Positions 1 through 10,460 of a DNA stretch of 64,000 nucleotides are shown here, in pieces (the first letter of the stretch is position 1; every line of letters begins with the position of its first letter). The position numbers and the translations under genes were made by a program. Under the pieces are notes generated by a model. That model was not told where the DNA came from and searched no databases. It saw nothing but the letters and a program-made list of their open reading frames with translations. Source of the stretch: Histomonas meleagridis 2922-C6/04-290x (lineage: Eukaryota > Protista > Parabasalia); the NCBI GenBank assembly GCA_020184695.1, contig JAANOX010000150.1, positions 119,096 to 183,095 on the forward strand, given 5' to 3'.

Positions 1-1065
1 AAAAATAAGATTCTTGAAAATCTCAGCTTCCATGACATTGGAGCCTTCAAATATCTTAAGGAATAGATACGTGTTGGACCAGATGGAGAAATAAAGAATA
101 TCTCGTTCATTGGAAGAATCAAAAATTTGAATTCCTTTTGATTGCATTGATTCATTAAGTGACGAGAAACATAGATCAATGGATACATTGGAATTTAGAA
201 AACGTGATGACTTTTGACATAAACTTGTAATTTGCTTAACAAAATTTGGAAGAAGCGATGCGATAGAAATGAATACTTTATGAAAAGTGGCGTTTTTAGG
301 CTGTTTATCAAATTCACCAGTTGTTAGATAACGAAGAATGTCTGGTTGGTGTGTGTTTTCTTTAATAATTTGTTCACCAACTGCAAAGGAACTAGGGATT
401 TCATTGCTTAATAAAAATTGAAATGTTATTGGATTGTTAAAAGATGATGAGATAACAGGATTTTGAGCAAATGAATAATTTAACTGGGGTTCATTGACTT
501 TCCCTAACAATTTGGAAAGAATAAGGTTAGTCAATATTAAAAGTTTCTTGGCTAATGTTCCAGAAGACAAAATGAAAGATTCTATTGTTAATTTTAATAG
601 ATCAATAAGCGAACTTTCTGTAAGTGCCATTGAATCCATGTTAAGTGATATTAAGTTTATAAGAAAAGCACTTGCTTGTGGAGATAAATTTGGTTTAACC
701 CAAGAAAGTAAGGTAGATGGAAGCTTTGATTCCTTGAAAATCTCTAAGCCATCTTTTCCTTTAAAAAGAAACATTGCATTTAATAATTCTAAAGAATTGA
801 AAAATGAATCTTTATCTTCAACATTTGTTTTTTCAATTGTTGAATTCACTAACTCAACCGAAACCTCGGGTTTTGGGTGTTTTGTGCGCAAAAGATTCGT
901 TTCTGTGAAAGAATATAATAAATTTTCAAAAGTTGGGAAAGAAAAAGAATCATATATAATATCGCCAACTGTTTTGGATCTTGAATATTCTGGAATGTCA
1001 ACTGGGACTTTTTGAACGACTGGTGTAAATGAATTAGACTGGTTTTCTTCTCTTCTCTCGAACAT
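1..1065 (-). CDS. Hypothetical protein, partial (runs off left edge, >355 aa; MFERREENQSNSFTPVVQKVPVDIPEYSR...)
   Basis: Manual translation of the minus strand gives an open frame from ATG at 1065 to position 1. It is missing from the ORF track because it has no stop in the window. The +494..1015 ORF is its antisense shadow. Confidence 0.8.
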   Translation of the reverse strand, partial: MFERREENQSNSFTPVVQKVPVDIPEYSRSKTVGDIIYDSFSFPTFENLLYSFTETNLLRTKHPKPEVSVELVNSTIEKTNVEDKDSFFNSLELLNAMFLFKGKDGLEIFKESKLPSTLLSWVKPNLSPQASAFLINLISLNMDSMALTESSLIDLLKLTIESFILSSGTLAKKLLILTNLILSKLLGKVNEPQLNYSFAQNPVISSSFNNPITFQFLLSNEIPSSFAVGEQIIKENTHQPDILRYLTTGEFDKQPKNATFHKVFISIASLLPNFVKQITSLCQKSSRFLNSNVSIDLCFSSLNESMQSKGIQIFDSSNERDILYFSIWSNTYLFLKIFEGSNVMEAEIFKNLIF

Positions 1066-1196
1066 TTCTTTCTTTATTCGGATGTAAACTTGTGAAAATC
1101 AGAATAAATAAAGTTATCAAAAATAAACGTTTATTGGCGCCCTATTGCGAAAACCGTTTTTTGAATGGAAATGGAGGTTTAAATCCAAACGGAAAA

Positions 1197-1619
1197 ATGT
1201 TTTTTTTGGTTTTGTCTCTGTTGGTCAATTGCGGAGAAGACAACCTCGAAGAGTTGACATTCCAAGATGCATCTTTAAAGGTAAAAGGATCTATCAAATT
1301 AACATTTTTAAGAGCTTATGGTGGCTTAAAGAAAGCATTTGGTCCAATCATTAATCCTCTTTCAAAAATCTTTGCACGTGTTTTTGAAGCAGTCAAGAGA
1401 GCTTTTTGGGAAATTTATACAGTTATTTGTCAATCATTTACAAATTGGTTCCACATCATTGCACGAAACTCAAAGAAACTTTCAAACAAAATACATAGAT
1501 TTCAATTCTTACAACAAGAACCTAAGGAACCGCCAAAGAGAACCGATCAGCAGGCATTAAATGAGTTCTACGTAAGAGATATAGAACAAACAGAAAAAGA
1601 TGTAAATGAAGATGAATAA
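1197..1619 (+). CDS. Small hypothetical protein with probable signal peptide (MFFLVLSLLVNC...)
   Basis: In-frame ATG at 1197 inside track ORF 1092..1619, followed by a hydrophobic N-terminus; ends in TAAA; divergent from the 1..1065 gene. Confidence 0.55.
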   Translation: MFFLVLSLLVNCGEDNLEELTFQDASLKVKGSIKLTFLRAYGGLKKAFGPIINPLSKIFARVFEAVKRAFWEIYTVICQSFTNWFHIIARNSKKLSNKIHRFQFLQQEPKEPPKRTDQQALNEFYVRDIEQTEKDVNEDE

Positions 1620-2078
1620 ATGAATAATTGCTCTTAAAATTTGTGACAATATCAAATTTTTGATACTTCTTTTACAAACCTTCAAAAATGACTTGCATTA
1701 ATATATAAATGACAAGAAAATTTTGCTTCAAATGAAAGCGAGTTTCCAGATAACCAGACCTATGACCATGAAAACGAACTTTAAACTCAATAAAATAATG
1801 AAATTATTTTTCGTTTAAAATTTTATTAAAGATGTTTTAGTATTTAGGAATGAGATGTGATAGGCTGCATCAGTTTAAATGTTATTTAAGCAAAAAATTA
1901 ATTTAAACAATTTATGGGATTGCGATAATTATCAATTAATTAAAATTTAAAAATAATTTAAATTGACCTACAAAATAAAAATATATTGTGGAAATGATAC
2001 TATGCTTCTTTTTAATAATTATAAAAAGATCTGAAGGAAATGTTTTTCCTTGTTAAGAAATTTCCAAAAAAAAGTTTA

Positions 2079-2106
2079 AGCGGTTTTGACGGTTTGGTCT
2101 GCCTTT
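2079..2106 (+). promoter_or_regulatory. Trichomonad-type core promoter: two M3-like motifs (AGCGGTTT 2079-2086, GACGGTTT 2088-2095) and an M5-like CCTTT (2102-2106)
   Basis: Matches the T. vaginalis M3 (DRCSGYTD) and M5 (CCTTT) elements known from ribosomal-protein promoters; lies immediately upstream of the RPS15A ATG at 2110. Confidence 0.65.
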
Positions 2107-2109
2107 CGA

Positions 2110-2502
2110 ATGGTTAGGACTTCAGTCCTTGCAGATGCTCTCAAAGCAATCACAAATGCAGAACGTCAAGGTAAGCGTCAAGTTCTCGTTCGCCCTTGCA
2201 GCAAAGTTATCATTCAATTCTTAAAGGTTATGATGAAACGCGGTTATATTGGAGAATTCGAAGTCATTGATGACCACCGTTCTGGTAAAATCATCATCAA
2301 CCTTCTTGGAAGACTCAACAAATGTGTCGCTATTTGCCCTCGTTTCGATGTTCAACTTACTGAATTAGAAAATTGGCAATCAAAACTTCTTCCATCACGT
2401 CAATTTGGTTATGTTGTTTTGACAACATCCCATGGAATTCTTGATCATGAAGAAGCTCGTAAGAAGAATGCTGGCGGAAAGATCCTTGGAATGTTCTTTT
2501 AA
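2110..2502 (+). CDS. RPS15A: 40S ribosomal protein S15a (uS8)
   Basis: [34 protein letters not shown]...[14 protein letters not shown]...[36 protein letters not shown]; 130 aa from ATG 2110. Confidence 0.97.
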   Translation: MVRTSVLADALKAITNAERQGKRQVLVRPCSKVIIQFLKVMMKRGYIGEFEVIDDHRSGKIIINLLGRLNKCVAICPRFDVQLTELENWQSKLLPSRQFGYVVLTTSHGILDHEEARKKNAGGKILGMFF

Positions 2503-2639
2503 ATGAACAAGTTTTATTAATCTTTTTTGTAACTTTAATGTGTTTTCATTTTTTTCGCTTTGATATAATAATATCTCCTTCTATATCTTAAACGTAAACA
2601 ACTTGAGACATTAAATAGAAGATGACCGTTTATTAACAT

Positions 2640-3581
2640 ATGATATCCCCACTTCAATTTATCTACATTAATGACGACAGAAAGACATTCACAGTTATAT
2701 TGCCATCCGAATTTTTTGTTTATGAAACCAGTCCATTTAATGTGGTTTTTCATCGAGAAAACTTCGGGATGTGCTTACGATTCGGAGTAACTTGCTGTGG
2801 ATATAGATACTTAGCTTTTTCTGGACTTCCAGCAGACCCAGAATTTGATACAAGACATGTTTGTATAATGGACAATACTTTATCTGAACCAATTATTTTT
2901 CAACATAAATGTGAAGAACATATTCTTTCTATGCGAGTTACTCCAGATTACCTCCTTTTGGCATTTCATCAACATGTTGAGTTATGGGATATTTCAGGGA
3001 AACAACTTATCAAATCTTTTTCAACAGGTCTCAATATCCATGCACCATGTGATATCACAAACGATTTCACAGTTATGGCATTTGCTGGTGAAGATCCAAT
3101 GAATATCAGAGCATTTTTTGTATCAGAACAAAAGATGACTGAATTCAAAGCTGCTGATGACACAGTTTCTCTAATGAAATTCTCGCCAACAGGTACTTAC
3201 TTAGCTACAACGAGTACAGATGGGAAAATAGTTCAAGTTTTTGATACAAAAAATCACATATGTATAGGGAAATTCAAAAGAGGCCATATGTCTTCTGTTA
3301 TTCACTCTATTGATTTCTCACCAAATGGTGACTTCATGGCTATAATATCACAGAATGGAACATTACATTTCTTTGATTTACGTATTCGGAAATCATCTAC
3401 TATCAGTGCTTTTCATAGAATAACAATTGGAGCGTTAGTTCTCTCTCAAATTTCATGGTATTCTCCATCACAAATAGCAGTTATGACAATGAAAGGAGAA
3501 ATGATTAACATTGCCATTGACCCAGAAACTTGCCATGAAGTTGGTCGCGAGCAGAAAGTTTTTTATAAATCGTTTTTCTAA
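2640..3581 (+). CDS. WD40 beta-propeller, Atg18/WIPI (PROPPIN)-like
   Basis: SLMKFSPTGTYLATTSTDGKIVQVFDT...FKRGHMSSVIHSIDFSPNGDFMAIISQNGTLHFF matches the PROPPIN blade 4-6 signature (F/LRRG equivalent is FKRG). Start may be ATG 2640 or 2769. Confidence 0.75.
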   Translation: MISPLQFIYINDDRKTFTVILPSEFFVYETSPFNVVFHRENFGMCLRFGVTCCGYRYLAFSGLPADPEFDTRHVCIMDNTLSEPIIFQHKCEEHILSMRVTPDYLLLAFHQHVELWDISGKQLIKSFSTGLNIHAPCDITNDFTVMAFAGEDPMNIRAFFVSEQKMTEFKAADDTVSLMKFSPTGTYLATTSTDGKIVQVFDTKNHICIGKFKRGHMSSVIHSIDFSPNGDFMAIISQNGTLHFFDLRIRKSSTISAFHRITIGALVLSQISWYSPSQIAVMTMKGEMINIAIDPETCHEVGREQKVFYKSFF

Positions 3582-3722
3582 TACAAATATTTGCCCATTA
3601 CGGTGTTACAGAAGAATTTCATGATAAACAAAATTTTCATAGTTTAAACGGTCTTTTCTTTGAATGGTTTATTGTTTACTTCATTGATTGATGTGCTAAT
3701 TAATTTTTAAGATGTAAAGGGA

Positions 3723-4784
3723 TTACTCAATCTCGTCGTTGATTTCGGCGAGGTAATCGAGATATATGCAGATGAAACGAGCGACAAATGCTTCTAAATG
3801 GAAAATTGGTTTTGTTCCATTTTGCATTCTGGACTCATATTCTGCAGCAGCTCTTGTTATTGGTTCGATTAGTTGTTGATCAACCTTTGTAAGTAATGTG
3901 TGAACAATTCTCTTGAAGATTTCTGTTGGTGGAATACAATGAACAAGTAATTCATATAGATGATTTCTAATCTTTTTCATTGTCTCTGGGACTAATTGCT
4001 CTTCAAGAAGGATCTTACAAAACTCATCGGTGTACCTTTCCCATTCAGGAATTACTGAATTTAATGTTGAACCATTTGATCTTGTTGTTGACAACATTTC
4101 AAGAAGAATTATTGCTCTTCGTAAGTTTCCGTTTGACTCTTCCGTAATATTTTGTAATGCTGCATCATCAACAGCATAATTTTCTGCAGCAGCAATCGCT
4201 TTAAGTGTATCAAATATAGCGGGTTTTGGAACAAGAGGAGTTCGAATAATCAAACAACGGGAGCGTACTGGCTCAATGATTTGTGATAAGGAATCACAAA
4301 TTAATATTAGACGACATGTTTTAGCATATTTTTCCATAGTCCTTCTAAGCGCTTGTTGTGCTAAACGAGAGAGTCTATTGGCTTCGTTGATAACAACAAC
4401 TTTGATGCTGATATCTCCGACAGTTTGAGAAGCAGCTAATTCCTTCAAAAAGAAGGAAATAACATGTCTGTCATTGTTACCTGCGTCTGCTGGCGTTATC
4501 TCTACATGGAATGGTGAAGAAGAGACTTGAACTTCAATTTTCTTATCGCCTGCTTCAATTACTCTGTATTCTGTTCTCATCTTATTGACTTCAATTGGAT
4601 GATTGAAGAGCTTTCGAAGAAATGCCATCACTCTTGTCTTTTTGCCTGATCCGTTAGGCCCACAAAATAATAAGTGTGGGAATGATTGAGTTTGACTTAT
4701 TTGATCCAGAATTGCATTTGTTTCTGGGTGTATTGTAAGTTCGCTTAAGTTCTGCGGGCGGTGGCGATCGATCCAAAGAGACAT
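3723..4784 (-). CDS. RFC3: Replication factor C small subunit (RFC3 / yeast Rfc5 type)
   Basis: MSLWIDRHRP, PHLLFCGPNGSGKKTR, QQALRRTMEKY, SRC, GNLRRAI and GTKPIFHLEAFVA motifs. Confidence 0.93.
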   Translation of the reverse strand: MSLWIDRHRPQNLSELTIHPETNAILDQISQTQSFPHLLFCGPNGSGKKTRVMAFLRKLFNHPIEVNKMRTEYRVIEAGDKKIEVQVSSSPFHVEITPADAGNNDRHVISFFLKELAASQTVGDISIKVVVINEANRLSRLAQQALRRTMEKYAKTCRLILICDSLSQIIEPVRSRCLIIRTPLVPKPAIFDTLKAIAAAENYAVDDAALQNITEESNGNLRRAIILLEMLSTTRSNGSTLNSVIPEWERYTDEFCKILLEEQLVPETMKKIRNHLYELLVHCIPPTEIFKRIVHTLLTKVDQQLIEPITRAAAEYESRMQNGTKPIFHLEAFVARFICIYLDYLAEINDEIE

Positions 4785-5056
4785 GAAAATGATGTGAATT
4801 TACCCCTTTTAAAATTACCCTTTATTCATGTGTGAAGCAAAAAATGCAAACGTACAAATTCACATTTGTGAACCAACTATTATTCGAATAAAATATTAAA
4901 AATAATCTTTTACAAGTTAATATGAAAAAATAGATTTAAACAATTAATTTCATGTTTAAAAATATATTTTTAATTTGAATTAAAATTCGAATTTTGATTT
5001 ATTATTATTATAATGTTAAAACAATGAAAACTGAAATTGCTTAAAATAAACATTAT

Positions 5057-5344
5057 TTACTTTTGTTCAAATACTGGAGTGAATCCAAATTTTTCTTGAC
5101 AAAAATCAGAAAAAATTTTGGCTGCAATAGTATTAGAAATATCATCTATTTTTTCTACCGGTGGTGGTTTTATAAGTTCTGGTTGTTGTACTTCAGTAGA
5201 AAATGATGGTTTGAAATCTGCAAATGCTTCATCAATTCCAAAAGCATCAAGTTTTTGTTTCTGTATTGGCTGAGGAGGAGGAGGCGCATGTTGAACTGGA
5301 TTTGAATCCCATGAAACTTCAAAAGAAGGAACAAAATCAGCCAT
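5057..5344 (-). CDS. Small hypothetical proline-rich protein (95 aa)
   Basis: ATG-initiated ORF with host-like codon usage, lying in tandem between CAP-D3 and RFC3. Confidence 0.55.
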   Translation of the reverse strand: MADFVPSFEVSWDSNPVQHAPPPPQPIQKQKLDAFGIDEAFADFKPSFSTEVQQPELIKPPPVEKIDDISNTIAAKIFSDFCQEKFGFTPVFEQK

Positions 5345-5451
5345 TTATGCAACGGTTAATTGGTATGCCCCAAATATTAAACGTTCTTTATGTTTACACC
5401 AAAAAAAAAAATGAAAGATTAATTACAATTTATTATTCTATATATAACAAT

Positions 5452-8400
5452 TTAATCATCATCTTCATCCAAATCGAATGGAATTGGAGGTCTTTTCTCA
5501 TCTCTATTCGGTTCATCATTATTATCATTTTGTGATAACACCATAATTGGTGAATTTATTGAAGGTGGAGATAAGAGTGTCATTGTTGGTGTCTTTGCAA
5601 TCATTGACAACAACGGAGATCTAAATGGTGTTTTCTGTATATCAATTTCAGGTTGTGGTATTTCATTTTCTGGTGAACTTGTTAAACTAATTTCATTTTC
5701 TAGTTCTGTTGCTAAAATAGGCTCTTGTCTTCTTAACTCGTCCAACAACTTTGGATGTTTTTTACATAATGTTCTAAAGAAATTTCTTAAATCAGATTGT
5801 AATGGCGACTTATTTTCTCTTAAGAACCTATGCATTTGACTTAGAATAGGTAAAACTCTTTGAATTAAATGGCTATGAATTAAAGCCAAGTAAACTCTTC
5901 CTTGTTCAGCAACTTTTTCCTTTTGGGGATCATCCAAATTTGCTTCGGTCACGTTAACGGCCTCCATTTCATTTTCAATGTTTAGCATTGAGTCAAAAGT
6001 GTCACTCAAAAGGACTTCACCGTCTTCGAGTTCTATGTTACCTTCTAAGAACTCATTTAATACCTTTACGCAAAGTTGTTGAAGTAATTCGAACAACACC
6101 GTATTATCCATTCTTCTTATCATTATTAAATACGCATCACGTCTCATTTTTTTATCTTTAATTTGGAATTTTTTATGGAATTCTTTATCTTCACCAAGTA
6201 AAGAAGAATCCAAATTACCCGCAAAGTAATGTAATGTATCGATAAAATTCGATGAAAGTAGTTTAGGATCTTTCAACGATAACACATCAAGCAAACTACT
6301 TTGAGCAAATTTTCGTACATTTTCATCTTCATCAATTAATGAATAAACGAATCTAAAAAATATCAATGGTTTCATCTTAATAAAATCTTCCGAAATTAAT
6401 CGTGTCAATATTAATAATGCTTGACGACGAACAATCGAAGATTTATCAGCAAAACATGCAGACATATCCATAATATAAGGGTCTACAGTTGCCGAATATT
6501 TAACGCATAAATCACATAACACAATTAAACAATTACATTTAACAGCTGGATCATTTGTATGATGTAATTGATGTGCAAATGCTGCTACAAATGACGAAGA
6601 AATATCTCTTCGACATAAACATAACTTACCAAGTGATATCGTAGTATTAGAACGTACTTGCGAAGGGATATGAATTTCATTTGGAAGTTTTTCAGAGATT
6701 AACAATTGTAAACCAGTGAAATCATAGTCGCCTAAAGCTTTAACATATGAAACTAATTCGCCTAATAAAAATATCGTTGGTATTAAATCCCTAAGAGTTT
6801 TCCGTGTAATGTTTTGATCACTTGCAACAGAATTTATTCTATTATTAGACATATTTAAAAGGTTAACAAAATCTTTTTGTGATGACTTCTTTTGTGTCGA
6901 TATTTGTACATGTGAATGAATTGGACTTAATTCACTTTGTTGAAAACCTTCAGCAATTTCTTCAAGAATTTTTAATGAATCATTAAATATTTGTTCGTCA
7001 TTCAACTTCATTTTCGATATAATCGATAAATATTCGACAGGTAAATTGTTTCGATTTTGCCATTGATCAATGAATAACTTATTATTGAATGAATCAGGAC
7101 AAACTGATATTAATATGTCGGCCATTTTCCATATCTGTGGGAGTGTTTCATTTTTTAATATACGTTCTAAGTCTCGAATCATTGGCGTCAAATTAATTGC
7201 CTTTTGTTTATACACTATAAATACTTTTGTTAATGGTATAATATGTGTATCATTTAAACATTTCGTCATTTCAAGTCCATTACTTGTCGAAATGATAGAG
7301 AAATAATAATTGGTCATAAGCTTCAACGCTAAATCTTGTGTTTTTGTATCAACATCAAGCGCTAATGGAAAAATCGAATCAAACCATAATGAAACAATTT
7401 GTGGCGCATAATGATATGATACTAAACATGATGATAATATATTTGCAGCTTCTTGTCGCATAGTGACTGATCGATCTCTCAATCGATCAGCAATTAATGG
7501 GAATAACTTAAATCCCGGCTCATGATCTGTTCTTTCACATATTGTCTTTAAGCAATTTAATGCGGCTTTTCGTACAACTAATTTTTCATCAATTATGCGT
7601 TGCTCTAAATGATCTAAAAGTCGGCCGTCATCAAGTCCTAACTCAAAACACATTTTACTATCTGCTTTAGGAATTAATGCGGAGATGGCTGAGATAGATG
7701 AAGCTCGAACATTTGGTACTTGATCTAAAATAGCAGAAAAAATATGTTGAATCATACTAAGTTGAGTTTCATCATTAAGTTCAATATCATTGTCATTAAT
7801 TAACATCTTAAATAAAACTAAGGATAAAGTACGTAATGTTGATTTATGTGCACGTGAATTTTTTATAATAAAATTAATTATGTCGGTTTTGTCCTCAAAA
7901 AGTTTCACGAGAAATGTGATGCAAAATGCACACGATTCTCGAATTGCAACACGATCAGGACAGCGGACAAAAATATGTTTGGTAACTAATGTTAAGAGAT
8001 CGGGCTTGTTAGAAAGATTATCACGGCAAAAGTTAAGAAAGGTTGTACGAATTTCAACAATGCGTGATGTGATGGATTTGTTAGGTGGAAGAAAATCAAG
8101 AAGAAGTGTAAGAACTAAATATGGCAAAAGAAACTCAAGATGAAACTTGGAAGCTGAATTGATGAATTTAAGAGATGCTGGAATTATTTGCTTTTTATAT
8201 GGATCTAATTCTTTACGAAAAATAGTGCTCATTTTAAACGCAAGTTCAATAATGGCAATGATTACATCGTCGCCTGCAAGTTTTGTAAAAGTTGGTGAAA
8301 TTGTATATGATAATGCATCAAAAATTTTTGGAATTAAAAGAATACATCGTTTGTCATTTTCATCAAAAACTTTTGGATTTTCAATTGATTGTGATGCTGT

Positions 8401-8820
8401 AATCATGATCGATAAAACTGAGTTGAAAATTATTGGATTGTATAATAGATTTAATGGTTGCATTCCAAGTAATATAACATATAGATGAATCCCCATATCG
8501 CGTGTATCACCTTTTTTGGAAATTAAACCAGAAACAAGTGGTTGGAATATTGATGGAGATTTATCTTGATTTGTTAATGAATCCCAAAAAATACCTTGGT
8601 TCTCATCAGAACGAAATTTAGTAAGGATTTCCAAAAGACGTATTAATAATTTAGGATTTTCTTCTGCTACTTGAATTGAGTTAATCAGAGATTCATCTGG
8701 TTCAATTGTTTGATTTCTCATAACTGTTTCTATAATATCATCACTATAATTAAGAGCTCCCAGTTGATCAAGAATTGCAATTGCTTCTTCTGATAAAGCA
8801 ACACATTCTTTTTCATTCAT
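5452..8820 (-). CDS. NCAPD3: Condensin HEAT subunit, CAP-D3 (condensin II) type
   Basis: Cnd1-type block: VKCNCLIVLCDLCVKYSATVDPY...IVRRQALLILTRLISEDFIKMKPLIFFRFVYSLIDEDENVRKFA; also DEKLVVRKAAL and RLRDRSVTMRQEA HEAT motifs. Confidence 0.8.
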   Translation of the reverse strand: MNEKECVALSEEAIAILDQLGALNYSDDIIETVMRNQTIEPDESLINSIQVAEENPKLLIRLLEILTKFRSDENQGIFWDSLTNQDKSPSIFQPLVSGLISKKGDTRDMGIHLYVILLGMQPLNLLYNPIIFNSVLSIMITASQSIENPKVFDENDKRCILLIPKIFDALSYTISPTFTKLAGDDVIIAIIELAFKMSTIFRKELDPYKKQIIPASLKFINSASKFHLEFLLPYLVLTLLLDFLPPNKSITSRIVEIRTTFLNFCRDNLSNKPDLLTLVTKHIFVRCPDRVAIRESCAFCITFLVKLFEDKTDIINFIIKNSRAHKSTLRTLSLVLFKMLINDNDIELNDETQLSMIQHIFSAILDQVPNVRASSISAISALIPKADSKMCFELGLDDGRLLDHLEQRIIDEKLVVRKAALNCLKTICERTDHEPGFKLFPLIADRLRDRSVTMRQEAANILSSCLVSYHYAPQIVSLWFDSIFPLALDVDTKTQDLALKLMTNYYFSIISTSNGLEMTKCLNDTHIIPLTKVFIVYKQKAINLTPMIRDLERILKNETLPQIWKMADILISVCPDSFNNKLFIDQWQNRNNLPVEYLSIISKMKLNDEQIFNDSLKILEEIAEGFQQSELSPIHSHVQISTQKKSSQKDFVNLLNMSNNRINSVASDQNITRKTLRDLIPTIFLLGELVSYVKALGDYDFTGLQLLISEKLPNEIHIPSQVRSNTTISLGKLCLCRRDISSSFVAAFAHQLHHTNDPAVKCNCLIVLCDLCVKYSATVDPYIMDMSACFADKSSIVRRQALLILTRLISEDFIKMKPLIFFRFVYSLIDEDENVRKFAQSSLLDVLSLKDPKLLSSNFIDTLHYFAGNLDSSLLGEDKEFHKKFQIKDKKMRRDAYLIMIRRMDNTVLFELLQQLCVKVLNEFLEGNIELEDGEVLLSDTFDSMLNIENEMEAVNVTEANLDDPQKEKVAEQGRVYLALIHSHLIQRVLPILSQMHRFLRENKSPLQSDLRNFFRTLCKKHPKLLDELRRQEPILATELENEISLTSSPENEIPQPEIDIQKTPFRSPLLSMIAKTPTMTLLSPPSINSPIMVLSQNDNNDEPNRDEKRPPIPFDLDEDDD

Positions 8821-9599
8821 TTTGGTTGATTTGGCCGTTTATAAATTGCAAAAAGTGTAAAAACGGAGTGCCCCGGTATTCTTGAGTAACCTCATTGAAT
8901 ATTTTAAATGCGAAACATCCTGATATCGAAACTTCAGTTATCATTCGGAGGAATTATTTCATAAATTTCAAACTTCTCGCATTTATTAATTATACAAGTA
9001 TTTTTGTATAAAACATCACACAAATGCAGAATCACAAAAAAATCATTTTGTTCAATCAAGTAATTTAGAAAATGTTATTAATGAAAATGATATATTAAAA
9101 CATCAAACAAAATACAACTATTTATAACAAAAATTAAAATAATACAAATATAATAACTGTTATAGTATATTAAGATACAAATTTGTTGTTAATGGAATGC
9201 AAAGTGGTTTCATGGTTGGAGTTCAGGTGACAAAAGATTTGTTTAATACATTTTTTTTTTGTTCATTACTTTGTGCCATGAACAAATAAGTTTTTATATA
9301 TATATATGAATTTCTAAATATTTACAAAATGCGAAATTATTTCTTTTTTAAATGTATCTAATGAATTATATGAACTGATGTTAAGTAAAAGAAACTATTT
9401 TAATGAGCTTATTTATGAACTTCTATACCTTATTTAAATTTTCTTTAAATCACAATATCTTTATCATTTATTCCATGTTTGAATTTTCATCATCATCAAC
9501 ATGTTCTAAATATTTTCATTTATATAAACTTTTGTTTCATATTCAATGAATCTAGATTTAAATTGATAATTTAAGAAGTTAATCATTTTATGTAAGTTT

Positions 9600-10109
9600 G
9601 GCTTATTAATAATTGCTACACCGAAAACTTCTCTTACACTATCACATAATAATGATGTGCATTCTACATAACCAAATGCATTAATTCCTTGAGCCATATG
9701 TAATGCTTCTTCTTTACTAATGCATTGATTTGGTGTGCATTTTCTTATATCTGATTTTGTGTTAAGATGCAATTGTTAGGAAATCTCGTATTTCTTTTGA
9801 TCACGGTATACCTTCTTATATTAATTCTTTTAAAAGATAATCTGTCAGCAATTGAAAAACAAACCATATAAATATTTGAGGAATCAAGTGGAAAATAAAG
9901 AATTTTTTGGGATTAGAAGATCCACTCGTGCCAATTGGTGCATAAGAAAATACAGTATCACTGAATTTAATTATTCTTTTACAACTTTCAAACATGCATA
10001 GAAGTAATATGGAAATTCATCATATATGAACCTGTGGATCAAAACATCTGAGGAAGCATTTCCAATAAAATATAAATTTATATGTGGATAATCTTTGTTT
10101 TCTTCGCAT
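9600..10109 (-). pseudogene. Degraded Rho/Rac-family small GTPase pseudogene
   Basis: Fragments in different frames: INLYFIGNASSDVLIHRFIYDEFP (degenerate G1 region), IYMVCFSIADRLSFKRI, LNTKSDIR (G4) and EALHMAQGINAFGYVECTSLLCDSVREVF (G5). Interrupted by stops and frameshifts. Confidence 0.6.
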
Positions 10110-10460
10110 TCACGGGCACATAAATTCTACCCTTCTTAAAATAAAACATTTATTTTTGAATGAGAATACTTTTGAATATGAATTAGACATTTTGTATTAA
10201 TTCAAGGAATGGAATAATCCTAAAACGCTTATCCCAATAGAACTTTTATTCGTATTCGATAAATAATATATATTAATCTGAAGGATAACACTACACATTC
10301 TAAAATATATTGAAGATATTTAAAATATTTAAACTAAAACAATGTTTATTTATTATATACAAAAATGCATATTGCATTTCGTTAATTTGCAAAATGTTTT
10401 GATGATTCTTTATTTTGATAAATAATTAAATGTATATATATTTATTTGTAGTTTCATATA

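Noticed and set aside
494-1015. Plus-strand 173-aa ORF and other short ORFs overlapping long genes on the opposite strand or frame
   Set aside because: Shadow ORFs of the real genes; many use TTG/GTG starts not expected in this eukaryote.
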